Shown here in pieces: positions 51,152-61,333 of a stretch of DNA of 64,000 nucleotides. The position numbers were made by a program, and so were the translations under genes. The stretch's first letter is position 1, and the number at the start of each line of letters is the position of its first letter. This DNA comes from an uncultured Chloroflexia bacterium (GTDB lineage Bacteria > Chloroflexota > Limnocylindria > Limnocylindrales > CSP1-4). The stretch is from the NCBI GenBank assembly GCA_963759135.1, contig CAVWXU010000010.1:32260-96259 (forward strand), in the 5' to 3' direction. Below the pieces are notes generated by a model. It searched no databases. It was not told where the DNA came from and saw nothing but the letters and a program-made list of their open reading frames with translations.

Positions 51152-52791
51152 GGACGCGCGGGTGGTTGGTCGGGCACAACGTGGTCGGCCACGGCGTGGT
51201 CGGGCGCAGGGTGGTCGGACGCAGCGAGCGCCTCCTCCGCCCGGGGAAGGCGCACGCAGACGGCGAGGCCCCCGAGATCGCTCCGCCGCGCCGTCACATC
51301 GCCGCCCATGCTGCGGACCAGGCCCTGCACGACCGTCAGGCCCACGCCCATCCCGCGCCGCGACGCACCTCTCGCCTGGTCGACCCGGAAGAACTTCTCG
51401 AACAGCCGCGGCAGCGCCGCGTCCGGCACGCCCGATCCGCTGTCCTCCACCACCAGCTCAACGAACGGGACGCCGGGGACCTCGGCCGCGCGCACCATGA
51501 TGGTGTCGCCGCCATGGCGGACGGCGTTCTCGACAAGGTTGGACAGGATCTCGTCCAGGTACAAGTCGTCCACGAGGACCGGCGGAAGCGACGGGGGCAC
51601 ACGCACAACGACGGATTGCCCGGCCGTGGGTCGGACCCGGCTCACGATTCCGGCCACGGTCTCGTCCAGATCGTGGGCTTCCAGCTCGGGATGGAGCGCG
51701 CCGCCTTCGATGCGGCTCAGGTCCAGGAGGTTGCGGACCAGGCGGTTCATCCGCTCGGCCTCGCCATCGATCACCCGGAGCGCCGCGCGCTGCTCGGCCG
51801 CCGACCACTCGATCTCCGGATCGAGGAGGCTTCCCGCCGATGCCCGGATCGAGGCCAGCGGCGTCCGCAGGTCGTGGGAGACCGAGTCCAGCAGCGCGCT
51901 CTTGAGCCGGTCGCTCTGTCTTGCCACTTCCGCGGCGGTCGCCTCGGCCGCGAGCCGGTCTCGACGAACCACCTGTCCAAGCTGGTCCGCGGCGGCGGAC
52001 AGGATGCGAGTCTCCGATCGATCCGGCGCCGACCGATCCGGGCCGCGGGTCGACCAGAGCGATCCGAGCGCCTCCCCGGCCACCTCCATCGGCACCCGAT
52101 AAAGAGCGACGGTCGCGTAGCGCGCCGGTCCGACCAGGCCCGCGAGATGGGTGCGCACCCATCCTGGTGCCGCCGTGGGAGATGATCGCTCGAGAACGAC
52201 CCGCCACACGCTCGCCGGCCGGGGCAACCCGGGATCGGTGTCCGCAACGACGCTCTCGTCGCCCGGGCCGGGCCCGAGCGCGAGCCAGACCCGGTCCATC
52301 CCGGTGGCGGAGACCAGCCGCGCCAGGACCTGGGGCGCGGCAGCCTCGACCGTGCCGCTCGTCGCAAGAGCACGGCTGATCTCGAAGAGCGTCTCCGCCT
52401 CGCGGGCCCGCTCGATGGCCTCCTGCGCACGCTCGGCGAGGAGCGCGGCGAGTCGTCCGATGGCGATGGCCACCACGAGGAAGAGCAGCAGATTGAGCCA
52501 CTCATCCGGATCCGACACCGTCAGCGTGTAGAGGGGCTGGACGAAGAGGAAGTCGTAGAGGAGAAAGGCCGCGACCGATGTGAGCACCGCCGGGGTCGTG
52601 CCGAACGCCATGCCCACGGTGAGCACTGCCAGCAGGTAGACCGGGGCGGGATACGGGACTCGCAGGACGCCGTGCAACAGGGCGATCGTGGCGGTTGCCA
52701 CCGCCAGCGCCGCCAGGACGCCGCCCGCGACCACGACCCGCCGCCCGATGTCTGTCCGGCGGGCTCGCGCCGCCGACTGCCACGCACGCAT
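51148..52791 (-). CDS. kdpD: KdpD C-terminal half: DUF4118 membrane domain, GAF-like domain, HisKA and HATPase
   Basis: PAPVYLLAVLTVGMAFG...LYDFLFVQPLYTLTV (DUF4118), then SHDLRTPLASI and GMGVGLTVVQ. It lacks the KdpD N-terminal and Usp domains. 4-nt overlap with kdpE. Confidence 0.85.
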   Translation of the reverse strand: MRAWQSAARARRTDIGRRVVVAGGVLAALAVATATIALLHGVLRVPYPAPVYLLAVLTVGMAFGTTPAVLTSVAAFLLYDFLFVQPLYTLTVSDPDEWLNLLLFLVVAIAIGRLAALLAERAQEAIERAREAETLFEISRALATSGTVEAAAPQVLARLVSATGMDRVWLALGPGPGDESVVADTDPGLPRPASVWRVVLERSSPTAAPGWVRTHLAGLVGPARYATVALYRVPMEVAGEALGSLWSTRGPDRSAPDRSETRILSAAADQLGQVVRRDRLAAEATAAEVARQSDRLKSALLDSVSHDLRTPLASIRASAGSLLDPEIEWSAAEQRAALRVIDGEAERMNRLVRNLLDLSRIEGGALHPELEAHDLDETVAGIVSRVRPTAGQSVVVRVPPSLPPVLVDDLYLDEILSNLVENAVRHGGDTIMVRAAEVPGVPFVELVVEDSGSGVPDAALPRLFEKFFRVDQARGASRRGMGVGLTVVQGLVRSMGGDVTARRSDLGGLAVCVRLPRAEEALAASDHPAPDHAVADHVVPDQPPARP

Positions 52792-52968
52792 CCAGGCCCC
52801 ATGGTAGCCCTGCGCGCGAGCCGCTCGAGGCGGGGCGAATGGTGGACGGCAGTCGGCTGGCTGGCGCGCGGGGCCGAGTTGTGTTCGTGCTGCGGCGCGT
52901 GCGGCGGGAGAGCGCGGCGCGCGCTGGGAGCCGCCGGCTGCGTCGCTCGCGCCGCTCCGCTTGCCCCG

Positions 52969-54247
52969 TCAGCCAGGCCGCGACACGCTCGTCGGCGTCG
53001 CTCCCGGAACCGGGTGGTCCTCGTTCGCCAGCAGTCGGGGCCAGCTCACGGCCATGCTCGCGCCGCCCCGGGCCGACGTCCCGATGCGCCAGCGGCCCCC
53101 GCTGGCCTTGACGATCGCGTCGGCGATGGCCAGTCCCAGGCCGGACCCGCCCGGTGCCTCGGTGGCCCGGTGGAACCGGTCGAACACGCGGCCGCGTTCC
53201 GCTTCAGGGATGCCCGGCCCGGAGTCGTCCACGGACAGCCGGACGCGGCCGGCCTCGTGCGTCACCGAGACGTCCACGGCGCCGCCGGCGGGCGAGTAGC
53301 GGCAGGCGTTGTCGAGCAGGACGCCCAGCAGCCGATCGAGCCAGTCGGGCGACACGGGCACGACGCTGCCACCGGGGTCGGCCCGGACCGTGAGCGCGAG
53401 GTGGCGCGAATCGGCGATCGACGGCGAACCGGTCGACCGCCTGCGCCGCCATCACCCCCACGTCCACAGGCTCGGCGGTGGGTGGCTCTGCGCGGCATCG
53501 AAGCGCGCCAGCCACAGCATGTCGTCCACGAGGCGGCGGATGCGCTTGGTTCTCGCGGTCGACCCGCTCGAACGCGGCGCGATACCAGGTCACGGACCGC
53601 TCCTGCGACAGCGCCAGGCTCGTCTGCGCCTCGATCACGGAGAGGGGAGTGCGCAGCTCGTGGGACGCGTCGGCCGTGAAGTCGAGCTGGCGCTGGCGGG
53701 CTCGCTCGATGGGCGCCGCTACCCGCCGCCCGATGCCGACGGCGCCCAGGAAGACCAGCGCGAGCAGGATCGGGCCGATCACCGACTCTGCGAGGATGAG
53801 GGTCGACTGCGCCTGGGAGACACTCTCCATGGTCTGTCCCACGACCACGTACTGCGCGCCGGCCGGCGCTCCGGCGATGCGGACGTCCGTGTTGTTGATC
53901 GAGATGGTCTGCGGCGCGGTCACGTGTCGGTCCGCAGCCGGCAGCACGGCGCCGGCGGTGTTGCTGGTGACCGTTCCGTCGGCATGGACGGTCCACACGA
54001 TGACGGGCGCGCCGAACGGGCGCTCCGGCGGTGGCGCCCCGAAGCCGCCAGCGGGCGGGGGCGGCTCCTGGGCGATCCGAGACAGGGACGCAGTGAGCCG
54101 TGCGTCAAGCTGCGAGGTCAGGTCGCGGCTCACGATCAGGACGACTGCGATCGCGACGAGCAGGTAGGCGGCGCCGACCACCGCCGCAGCTGCGAGGGCC
54201 ACGCGGACCGAGGCGGTGCGGAGGTCCTGCCCGCGCGGGGAGGTCAC
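52969..54247 (-). pseudogene. sensor histidine kinase with three frameshifts within about 140 bp (about 53550, 53483, 53418)
   Basis: TM, periplasmic domain and SHELRTPLSVIE are in ORF 53204..54379. TKRIRRLVDDMLWLARFDAAQS is in another frame. PTAEPVDVGVMAAQAVDRFAV returns to the first frame. The HATPase part (LLDNACRYSP ... GSGLGLAIA) is in ORF 52969..53361. Confidence 0.8.
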
Positions 54248-54975
54248 GCCGGCTCCAGGCGGTAGCCCGCGCCGCGCACCGTCACGATGCGGACTCCGGC
54301 GCCCGGCAGCTTCGCCCGCAGTCGGCTCAGCTGCACGTCGATGGCGTTCGACCCGAGCGGATCGGTCTCGTCGCGCCACGCGTGCTCGGCGATCGCCTTG
54401 CGGTCGACCACGGCCGGCGAGCGACGCATGAGGAGCTCGAGGATGTTGTATTCGGTCGTCGTGAGGTTGAGCGGTCGGCCGTGCGCGGCGATCTCGTGCC
54501 GCGCCGGGTCGAGCGCGAGGGCGCCGCGCACCACGATCGGCGCGTCCACGCCGCGTGGTCGGCGCTGCAGGGCACGGATCCGCGCCAGCAGCTCGCCGAA
54601 GTCGAACGGCTTGACGAGATAGTCGTCAGCGCCGGCGTCCAGCCCCTGGATCCGGTCCGGGGGCGCGTCCCGGGCCGTGAGCATGAGCAGAGCCGTGGGG
54701 CGTTCGTGGCGGCGCGCCCAGGCGACGACGTCGATGCCGGGCGCGCCCGGCATTCGCCAGTCGATGACGGCCACGTCGTACTCGTAGAACGTCATCTGCA
54801 GGATCGCGTCGTCGCCGCGCTCCACTGCGTCGACCTGGTACCCCTGATCCTGCAGACCCTCGACGAGGAGGTCACGCAGCCCCGGGTCATCCTCCGCGAC
54901 GAGGATCCGCACGGCGTCAGCGTTTCCCGCGGGCGCCGGCGCGCCATTCCGGGTAATGGGCGTCGACTTCGGCAT
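54244..54975 (-). CDS. OmpR-family response regulator
   Basis: ATG 54975 follows GGGAGG. Sequence ILVAEDDPGL ... VIDWRMPG ... YLVKPF ... GAGYRLEP. GTGA overlap with the kinase gene. Confidence 0.9.
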   Translation of the reverse strand: MPKSTPITRNGAPAPAGNADAVRILVAEDDPGLRDLLVEGLQDQGYQVDAVERGDDAILQMTFYEYDVAVIDWRMPGAPGIDVVAWARRHERPTALLMLTARDAPPDRIQGLDAGADDYLVKPFDFGELLARIRALQRRPRGVDAPIVVRGALALDPARHEIAAHGRPLNLTTTEYNILELLMRRSPAVVDRKAIAEHAWRDETDPLGSNAIDVQLSRLRAKLPGAGVRIVTVRGAGYRLEPA

Positions 54976-55246
54976 CCATGGCCTCCCATTATCCGGCGCG
55001 AGCGTGGTCGCGACCGTAGGAGTGTGGCCTCCACTCACTGCGGGGTGCGACCACGGAGTCGAGGCGGACGGCCCGGCGTACCGACCGTCGAATGCGGTGG
55101 GGGCTCTCCGGGTTCGTCGGTGCGGGTAGGGACCCTGGTTCCGTAACCTGCGCGAAAGGGTGCCCCGCCGACACTTCGCGACATGAGCGCGCGCGACTCC
55201 GCACCTGCGGGCCGCGGCACGCCAGGCGATATCGAGAGGCGACAAG

Positions 55247-55838
55247 ATGGCCGTTCACGTTTCGGACGACGGGCCGGCGACAGACATTGCCCGGCTGATC
55301 CAGTCCGGAGGGCTCGTACTCATCGTCACCCAGGACAACTGCGACCAGCGCAACGCGGCCGTTCGGGCGGCGGCGACGCAGGTGGCCCGCACCTTCGCGG
55401 CAAACGTACTCCTGTTCTACGTGCTCCCGGACGAGGGACTGGGCCACGTGAGGCCGCCGCGGCTGTTCGATCCACAGGCCCGCGAAGATACCGGTGCAAG
55501 GTCCGATCTGGGGGTCGCCCGCCTTCACACGGGCACCCGGCGCAGCGACTTGCTCAGCGACGAGGCGGCCGAGATCCGCTCCGAAGGGTCCCCAGGTGCG
55601 AGTGTGGCTCTCGCGGCGCGCCGGGCCTGCCGGTATCGCGGAGGCCGTGGTGGCCACCGGCGCTGGCATCGTGTTCGTCCCGGCGGACCCGGAGCGCACC
55701 GGTGTCCGGGCTCGGGCGATCCGCCTCACGCTTTCGTACCAGGCAGCGCGGATCCCAGTTCCGCTGGTTGCCGTGGACGCCAACGGTCGGATGGCGATCG
55801 TCGCCCCGCTCGGGTCCGCGCGCCCCGTCGCGTGGTGA
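55247..55838 (+). pseudogene. hypothetical protein, one frameshift near 55585
   Basis: MAVHVSDDGPATDIARLIQSGGLVLIVTQDN... (ORF 55247..) continues as ...VWLSRRAGPAGIAEAVVATGAGIVFVPADPE...AIVAPLGSARPVAW (ORF 55494..55838). Confidence 0.5.
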
Positions 55839-56073
55839 TGGGCGGCGCCCGCCCGACTTGTCGGCGACGGGCGAGGGTGGGGCTGGTACGGGCCGGGGTG
55901 GCTGAGCGTGCCACCCTGTCGCGCCGGAGGTCGACGGTTCGAGACCGGTCGAGTCGGCCCCGGAGGGTCTCCGTCGGCTCGGTGCCAGCGCGCGCCTGCC
56001 GGCGTTGCCCGCAGCAGCTGCACGCGGCCGGTCGGTGACCCGCGGATCGGGTACTCGCCGTTCGTGGAGCTGG

Positions 56074-58143
56074 TCATGAGGCCGCGCCGGCGCAGTCGTA
56101 CAGGGAGCTCGTTCCCGAGCCGCCGTAGTCGACCACCGTGCACGTGCTCGTTACCCAGCTCGTGACGGAGGACGCGGCGCTCCCCGATCCGCCCGGACCG
56201 CCGAGCCGCCCCCATCTTCCGCGAGAACGTAGCGGAGCTTCCCGGAGGTGATGTCCTGCTTCAGCTGTGTCAGCGTCGGAGCCGGGTCCGACCCGGTGAA
56301 CCCGCCCATGGCCATCACCGGCTTGCCGCTGGCAAGCTCGATCGTCGCGGCATTCTGCGCGGAGCTCACCGCCACGATCCACGTCGCGCCGCCCTGGTGC
56401 GCGACGAGGTAGTTGACCAGCGTCGAATCCGCCGAGCCGGTACCGGGCCCGGCTCCTCCGCCGGAACCACCAGAAGTCTGCGACGGCGCGGCACCCGGTA
56501 CTCCCGAGGGTGGCGTGCCGCCGGCGACCGCGGTCAATCCCTGGCCGGGGCCTCCGCCCGCAGACCCACCGGCCAACCCGCCGGGCCCGCCGCCCGTGCC
56601 CCCGCCGTCGGAGAGTGTCGACGGCGGGACCCGGATGGGGGTCCGAGCCGGTGACCGGCGACTGTACGGTGGCCAGCGAGTACGCCGCCGGCGCCAAGAG
56701 TGCGGCGGCAAGGCCGAGCGCGGCGGCGGCCGGTGCCGCGCGTCGCAGTGTCGTCTGCAGCCGCGGGGCCGACGCCACCAGCAGCACGGCTGACGCCGCG
56801 GCGGCCAGCGCGACCGCCGCGGGGCCGAGCGCCGGAACGAAGTCGGGTGTCCGCTCGAGCAGCACCATGCCCCAGAGGGCGGTACCGATGAAGGCGGCGC
56901 CCAGGACGATCGCGCCCAGCGAGGTCCGGGTCCGCAGCGCCCACAGGTCGGACAGGCCGGCTCCTACGAGCACCGCGATTCCCGGCGCCAGGGCGACCGC
57001 GTAGTAGGAGTGGATGACGCCCGACATGAAGCTGAACACGAGCCCCTGGGTCAGCGCGGTGCTGCCCCACAGGAGGTAGGCTGCGAGCCCGCGGTCGGTG
57101 CGGCCGGCGCGCCTCCGCAGCCACAGCCCGACGGCCAGGCTCGCGAGGGCGAGCGGGATGAGCCACGCGATCTGCCCGAAGAACTCGGCGTTGAACAGCC
57201 GGAGCAGGCCGACCGCGCCGCCGAAACCACCGCCACTGCCGCCACCGCCCCCGCCACTGCCGGGGCCCGCGCTCCCGAAGATTCGGCCCAGCCCGTCGTA
57301 GCCGAAGATCAGGTCAAGGGGCGAGCCGGTGGTGCTCCCGCCGATGAACGGACGGCTGCCGAGCGGGATCATCTGGACGATCGCGACCCACCAGCCGCTC
57401 GCGGCGACGACTGCGACGAGAGCGACGATGAGGCCGGCAATGCGGCGCCGCAGCGTGGCGGTCGCGGATACGAGGTACACGAAGGCGAACCCGGGGAGCA
57501 CCAGGTACGCCTCGAGGTACTTGGTGAGGAACGCGAAACCCACGAGCGCGCCCGCCAGCGCCGTCCAGCGCAGACTTGCGCGGTCGAGGGCACGGAGGAG
57601 CGCCCCGGCAGCGGCCACGAGCAGCAGCGTCAGGAGCGCGTCAGGGTTGTTGAACCGGAAGATCAGGACCGCCGCCGGGGTCAGTGCCATGACCACTGCG
57701 GCGATGACCGCGGCCACCGGGCCGAACGAGCGTCGCACGATCGCGAAGAGCAGCGCCACTGTCAGCACGCCTGCCAGCGCCTGCGGCAGCAGGATGCTCC
57801 ACGAACTCAGGCCGAACAGCCGGACCGAAAGGCCCATGAGCATGGTGGAGAGCGGCGGTTTGTCGATAGTGATGAAGTTGCCGGCGTCTAGGGAACCGAA
57901 GAACCACGCCGACCAGCTCTTCGATGCCGCGAGGGCGGCCGCTGAGTAGTACGTGTTGGCGAACCCGTTGGCGGCGAGGTTCCACACGTACAGCGCCGCG
58001 GACAGCCCCGTCACGCCGAGGAGCGACGGCAGTACCCACGCGGGTTCGTCGGCACGCGAACGGACACGGGAACGGACCAGATCGCGCACGCGGACGCCCG
58101 GCCGGGCCCGCGGGGCCGGGGTTTCATGGGTGATGGTGGTCAC
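56074..58143 (-). pseudogene. GT39/ArnT-PMT-like glycosyltransferase; the segment between about 56210 and 56625 is out of frame
   Basis: The N-terminal polytopic part is intact (NTYYSAAALAASKSW ... IDKPPL). The periplasmic segment ...STLVNYLVAHQGGATWIVAVSSAQNAATIELASGKPVMAMGGFTGSDPAPTL... lies in ORF 56151..56711. The main frame resumes for ...SSVTSWVTSTCTVVDYGGSGTSSLYDC. Both switches fall in G/C runs. Confidence 0.8.
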
Positions 58144-58584
58144 CGGAGTGTCCTTTCGAGGTGGGTACGCGCCGCGACGTGTGCGGTTTCGGCGCGCCGC
58201 TGGCGAGTCGCGTCGAGCGCGAGCCGCAGAAGCAGGAAGCGGACGATGGTGGCAAGTGCGTTGGCGGCCACGAGGACGGCGCTCTCGACCGTGCGGCCGG
58301 CCCGGGGGATGACGAGGTCGAGAGCAGCGAGCGCAGCCGAGGTGATGGCCAGTGCCACGCCGAGCGCGAACAGGCCGGCGGCGTGGTCGCGTGCCAGGCC
58401 GTCACGACCGCGCACGTCGAACGTCAGCCGGCGGTTGGCGGCCGTGTTGCCCACGGCGGTGAGGATGAGCGCCAGCGCGTTGGCGGCTGCCGCGGGCCAG
58501 GCGGTTCGGAGAAACGCGAAGGACGACGACATAGGCCAGAGTGCTGGCGAGGCCGATGCCGGCGAAGGTGGCGGCCTGCCGCAC
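58140..58584 (-). pseudogene. GtrA-like membrane protein, one frameshift near 58525
   Basis: VRQAATFAGIGLASTLAYVVV (ORF 58402..58584) continues as FAFLRTAWPAAAANALALILTAVGNTAANRRLTF... (ORF 58140..58721). GTGA overlap with the GT39 gene. Confidence 0.7.
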
Positions 58585-58934
58585 GGGGCGCCGGCGCAGT
58601 GCAGGTACGCGGACGAGCCGAGCGGCGTCAGGCGGCGGATGCGATTGGCATGGAAGCGATCGGCGCGTGGACCGCCGGGCGCGGGAGCGCCGGTCGTCGC
58701 TGGCGAGATGCCTGCTGTCATGGCAGGCAGTCTCGCCGGCCGACTCTTGCGATCAGGTTACGAGGCGCAGGGCTCCGCAGGCGCGGCGGGCGCATCGTCG
58801 AGGTGCACCCGTCGGGCCGTGACGACGGACCTGACCGGTCTTGGGCCGTGGGTCGACATGCAGGCCGAAGCCGGCGCGCCGTGGCTCGGGACGATGGACG
58901 ACGCCGATCCGCGGGGGTCGAGGGCGCCTGCCGC

Positions 58935-59804
58935 TCAGACGCTGACCGTCAGGCCCGCCGGCTCCTGCGGTTGTCCAGCCACCGCCCAGGCCGCGAGGCT
59001 CTCGCCGGGGCGGTCCGGGAAGCTGGCGAAGGATGAGACGCCGGCGGGTTCGTCCAGACCCTGCTGTCGCTCCAGGAACTCGCGGGCGACGGCTCGGTAG
59101 TCCTTGGCTCCCTCGCTCGATGGCGCGTACCGCGTGATCGGCAGCTGGAACGACGGCGCCTCGGCCAGCGTGATGTTCTCGCGCACCACGGTCTGGAGCA
59201 TGTGGGCCGGATAGTGCCCACGCAGCCGCTGGACGACCTCGCGGGCGTGCCGTGTTTGGCTGACCCGGCAGGCGAGGATCGCGTCCAGCGCCAGCGCAGG
59301 ATTGAGCCGCGCGCGAACTTCGTCCATGGCGTCCAGGAGGCTGACGAGCCCGGACAGCGCGAGGACGTGGGCCTCGACCGGAACGAGCACGTGCCGGCAT
59401 GCCGAGAGGGGCGCGAGAGCGAGGTACCCCTGCAGCGGCGGACAGTCCACGAAGACGAAGTCCCAGCGAGCCGGCAGCGCCTCGATCGTTCGAATCACGC
59501 CGAGGGCCAGGTCGGTCTCCCGCCGGCGGTCGGCCGCCACCAGCCACGGCGTCGAGGGGATCAGCTGCACGCCCGGCGCGCTGCTCGCAACGGCCATGGC
59601 GGCCAGGTCGGCATGGCCCATGTACGCATCGAGCACATTCCGGCCTGCGGCAGGCGAGCCCAGCCAACTGGTCGCCGATCCCTGGGGATCCATGTCGATC
59701 ACCAGCACCCGGAATCCCTGCTCGCCGAGGGCGGCCGCCAGGTTGACCGTGGTCGTCGTCTTGGCGCTCCCTCCCTTGTGGTTCGTCACCGCGATCGTCT
59801 TCAT
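58935..59804 (-). CDS. ParA/Soj-family ATPase
   Basis: Deviant Walker A NHKGGSAKTTTTVNLAAAL, then VIDMDPQGS and FVFVDCPP. Confidence 0.9.
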   Translation of the reverse strand: MKTIAVTNHKGGSAKTTTTVNLAAALGEQGFRVLVIDMDPQGSATSWLGSPAAGRNVLDAYMGHADLAAMAVASSAPGVQLIPSTPWLVAADRRRETDLALGVIRTIEALPARWDFVFVDCPPLQGYLALAPLSACRHVLVPVEAHVLALSGLVSLLDAMDEVRARLNPALALDAILACRVSQTRHAREVVQRLRGHYPAHMLQTVVRENITLAEAPSFQLPITRYAPSSEGAKDYRAVAREFLERQQGLDEPAGVSSFASFPDRPGESLAAWAVAGQPQEPAGLTVSV

Positions 59805-60484
59805 CGGGGGCGCTCGATCCTTCCCGCCTCGAGATGGCGGATGAGGGCATCGGCCGCGCCGCGGGCGCCACGCGCGCCCGGGGGTGTGTCCAGGGGATCA
59901 AGATCGATCGTGCTGCGGCGTCGCCTTCGCTTTGCCGGCTTCGGCGACCCTCGATCTGGCGAGTCCGGCCTGAGGGGGTGCGGCGCCGTTGAAAGTGCGA
60001 CCCGCGCCTCGGCGGTCGTCTCGCCCGGCAGGGACGGTTCGGCGGGCCAGGCAGCGGAAGCCGGAGACGGCGCCGTTTCTCCGCGGCCCGCTTCGTCGTC
60101 AGCTCGCGCGGCGCCGTCTGAGCCCGGCGACCGTTGCGGCACGCGGAGTGCAGCGGCCGGCGTCACCGGACTCGAAGGGTGCCGTCGGAGAAGCCACTCG
60201 AGCCCGTCGGGCGTGATGCTATGCCCCACTCCGCGCGCCAGCGAGTCGACTTCGTCGCGCCCGGCAAGGTCGGCGGTCTGGGCCGCCGGGGAGGGCGAAG
60301 GGCGTGCGTCCGGCTCGGCTCGCAGCATCTGGATGCGACGCAAGATCCGCTCGCCCGGCTCCTCGGCGGACAGACCGGCTCGCGGTGCCTGGCTTGACGG
60401 GCCCCTGCGGTCCCCGCGCGGCTCTCCGAGGGCCGCGGCCAGGGCGAAACGCGCAGTCGCAGCGGGCGGGTGGATGGCGCTCAT
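59801..60484 (-). CDS. hypothetical, largely disordered Pro/Ala/Arg-rich protein
   Basis: Its stop overlaps the ParA ATG (ATGA), which suggests translational coupling. No domain recognised. Confidence 0.45.
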   Translation of the reverse strand: MSAIHPPAATARFALAAALGEPRGDRRGPSSQAPRAGLSAEEPGERILRRIQMLRAEPDARPSPSPAAQTADLAGRDEVDSLARGVGHSITPDGLEWLLRRHPSSPVTPAAALRVPQRSPGSDGAARADDEAGRGETAPSPASAAWPAEPSLPGETTAEARVALSTAPHPLRPDSPDRGSPKPAKRRRRRSTIDLDPLDTPPGARGARGAADALIRHLEAGRIERPR

Positions 60485-60506
60485 GGGCGGCTAGCCCCGG
60501 GTCGAG

Positions 60507-60884
60507 TCACGGCGGGTCCGCCGCCTCGACCGCGCCGGGCCATGGCGGTAGCTCGCGCGGCGACGGCGCGCAGACTGCACACGCGAGATCGTATGTGGTC
60601 GGCGTGGTGACAGGAAGGCCGCTGGAGGTCCTACTCGGGGGCACTCGATCGGCCAACCAGCGACACGCAACCGCAGGCTTCGCCTGATGGGCACGGTTCA
60701 GCGCCCGCGCGACTCCCGCGGTGCGGTGGGGCACCACGCGGTGGGCGCGGCGCACGACGTCGATCGGCGTCCGGGGAGAGCGCTGCTCGTCCTGCCCGGG
60801 GACGACTGACTGGGCCTGCTGGGCCGTTGGTTCGGTGGGCCACGGGAGATCGCGGACGCCGCGGACGTCTCGGACGCCGCGCAC
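60507..60884 (-). CDS. possible hypothetical protein (about 125 aa)
   Basis: Only one of the three minus frames stays open across the 60485-60949 gap, and by my hand count about four-fifths of its codon third positions are G/C. The GTG start is arbitrary. Confidence 0.2.
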   Translation of the reverse strand: MRGVRDVRGVRDLPWPTEPTAQQAQSVVPGQDEQRSPRTPIDVVRRAHRVVPHRTAGVARALNRAHQAKPAVACRWLADRVPPSRTSSGLPVTTPTTYDLACAVCAPSPRELPPWPGAVEAADPP

Positions 60885-60890
60885 GCCGCG
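60851..60890. repeat. about 4.4 tandem copies of the 9-bp unit CGCGGACGC
   Basis: cgcggacgc cgcggacgt ctcggacgc cgcgcacgc cgcg. Confidence 0.7.
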
Positions 60891-60949
60891 TTGTGGTCGC
60901 CCTGGGTCAGGGGTCCCGGCGACGAGGACCGCCAGGCTGCAGGCAGGCG

Positions 60950-61333
60950 TCAGAGGCGGGCGCCGGCCCGGTCGCGGCAGATCGCCCAGAAGGCGACCAG
61001 GGCCTCGTCGGTCCCCGGTGCGCTGGACGTGAACTCCGGCCGATGGAGCTGGACGGTCGTTACCACCGGCAGGGTGCTCATCAGCCAGGCCACCTGCAGT
61101 TCCGGCGGGGATACGGTGGACCAGGCATGGACGACGGCGCTCACCCGCCCACTGCCCGGCTCGACTGTGAACTCGGCGAGTGCGGCGTCGCAGGCCACCA
61201 GGACCCGTCGGAGGTCGTTGGGCCCCTGCGTCGTGAACAGGACCGCCTCGTCCTTCAGCCCCAGCCCCTCGAGCGCCATCGCGGCCGCCTCGGCCGTCGT
61301 CGGCCACTCGGCGAGAGCCTCCTGTAGTCGCAT
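60950..61333 (-). CDS. hypothetical protein (127 aa)
   Basis: ATG 61333 follows GAAGGAG at 5 nt. MRLQEALAEWPTTAEAAAMALEGLGLKDEAVLFTTQGPNDLRRVLVACD... has a globular-looking composition. Confidence 0.6.
   Translation of the reverse strand: MRLQEALAEWPTTAEAAAMALEGLGLKDEAVLFTTQGPNDLRRVLVACDAALAEFTVEPGSGRVSAVVHAWSTVSPPELQVAWLMSTLPVVTTVQLHRPEFTSSAPGTDEALVAFWAICRDRAGARL

Noticed and set aside
55878-55961. tRNA-like element: GGTTCGAGACC T-loop-like motif with a flanking stem, plus a possible 7-8 bp acceptor pairing (GGGCCGG / TCGGCCC)
   Set aside because: I could not build a cloverleaf. Only one additional hairpin (GGTGGC-tgagcgt-GCCACC) fits between the stems, its loop lacks U33 and a sensible anticodon context, and the T-stem needs a bulge. 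It may be a degraded tRNA or a chance structure in GC-rich DNA. tRNAscan-SE or Infernal on 55850-55990 would settle it.
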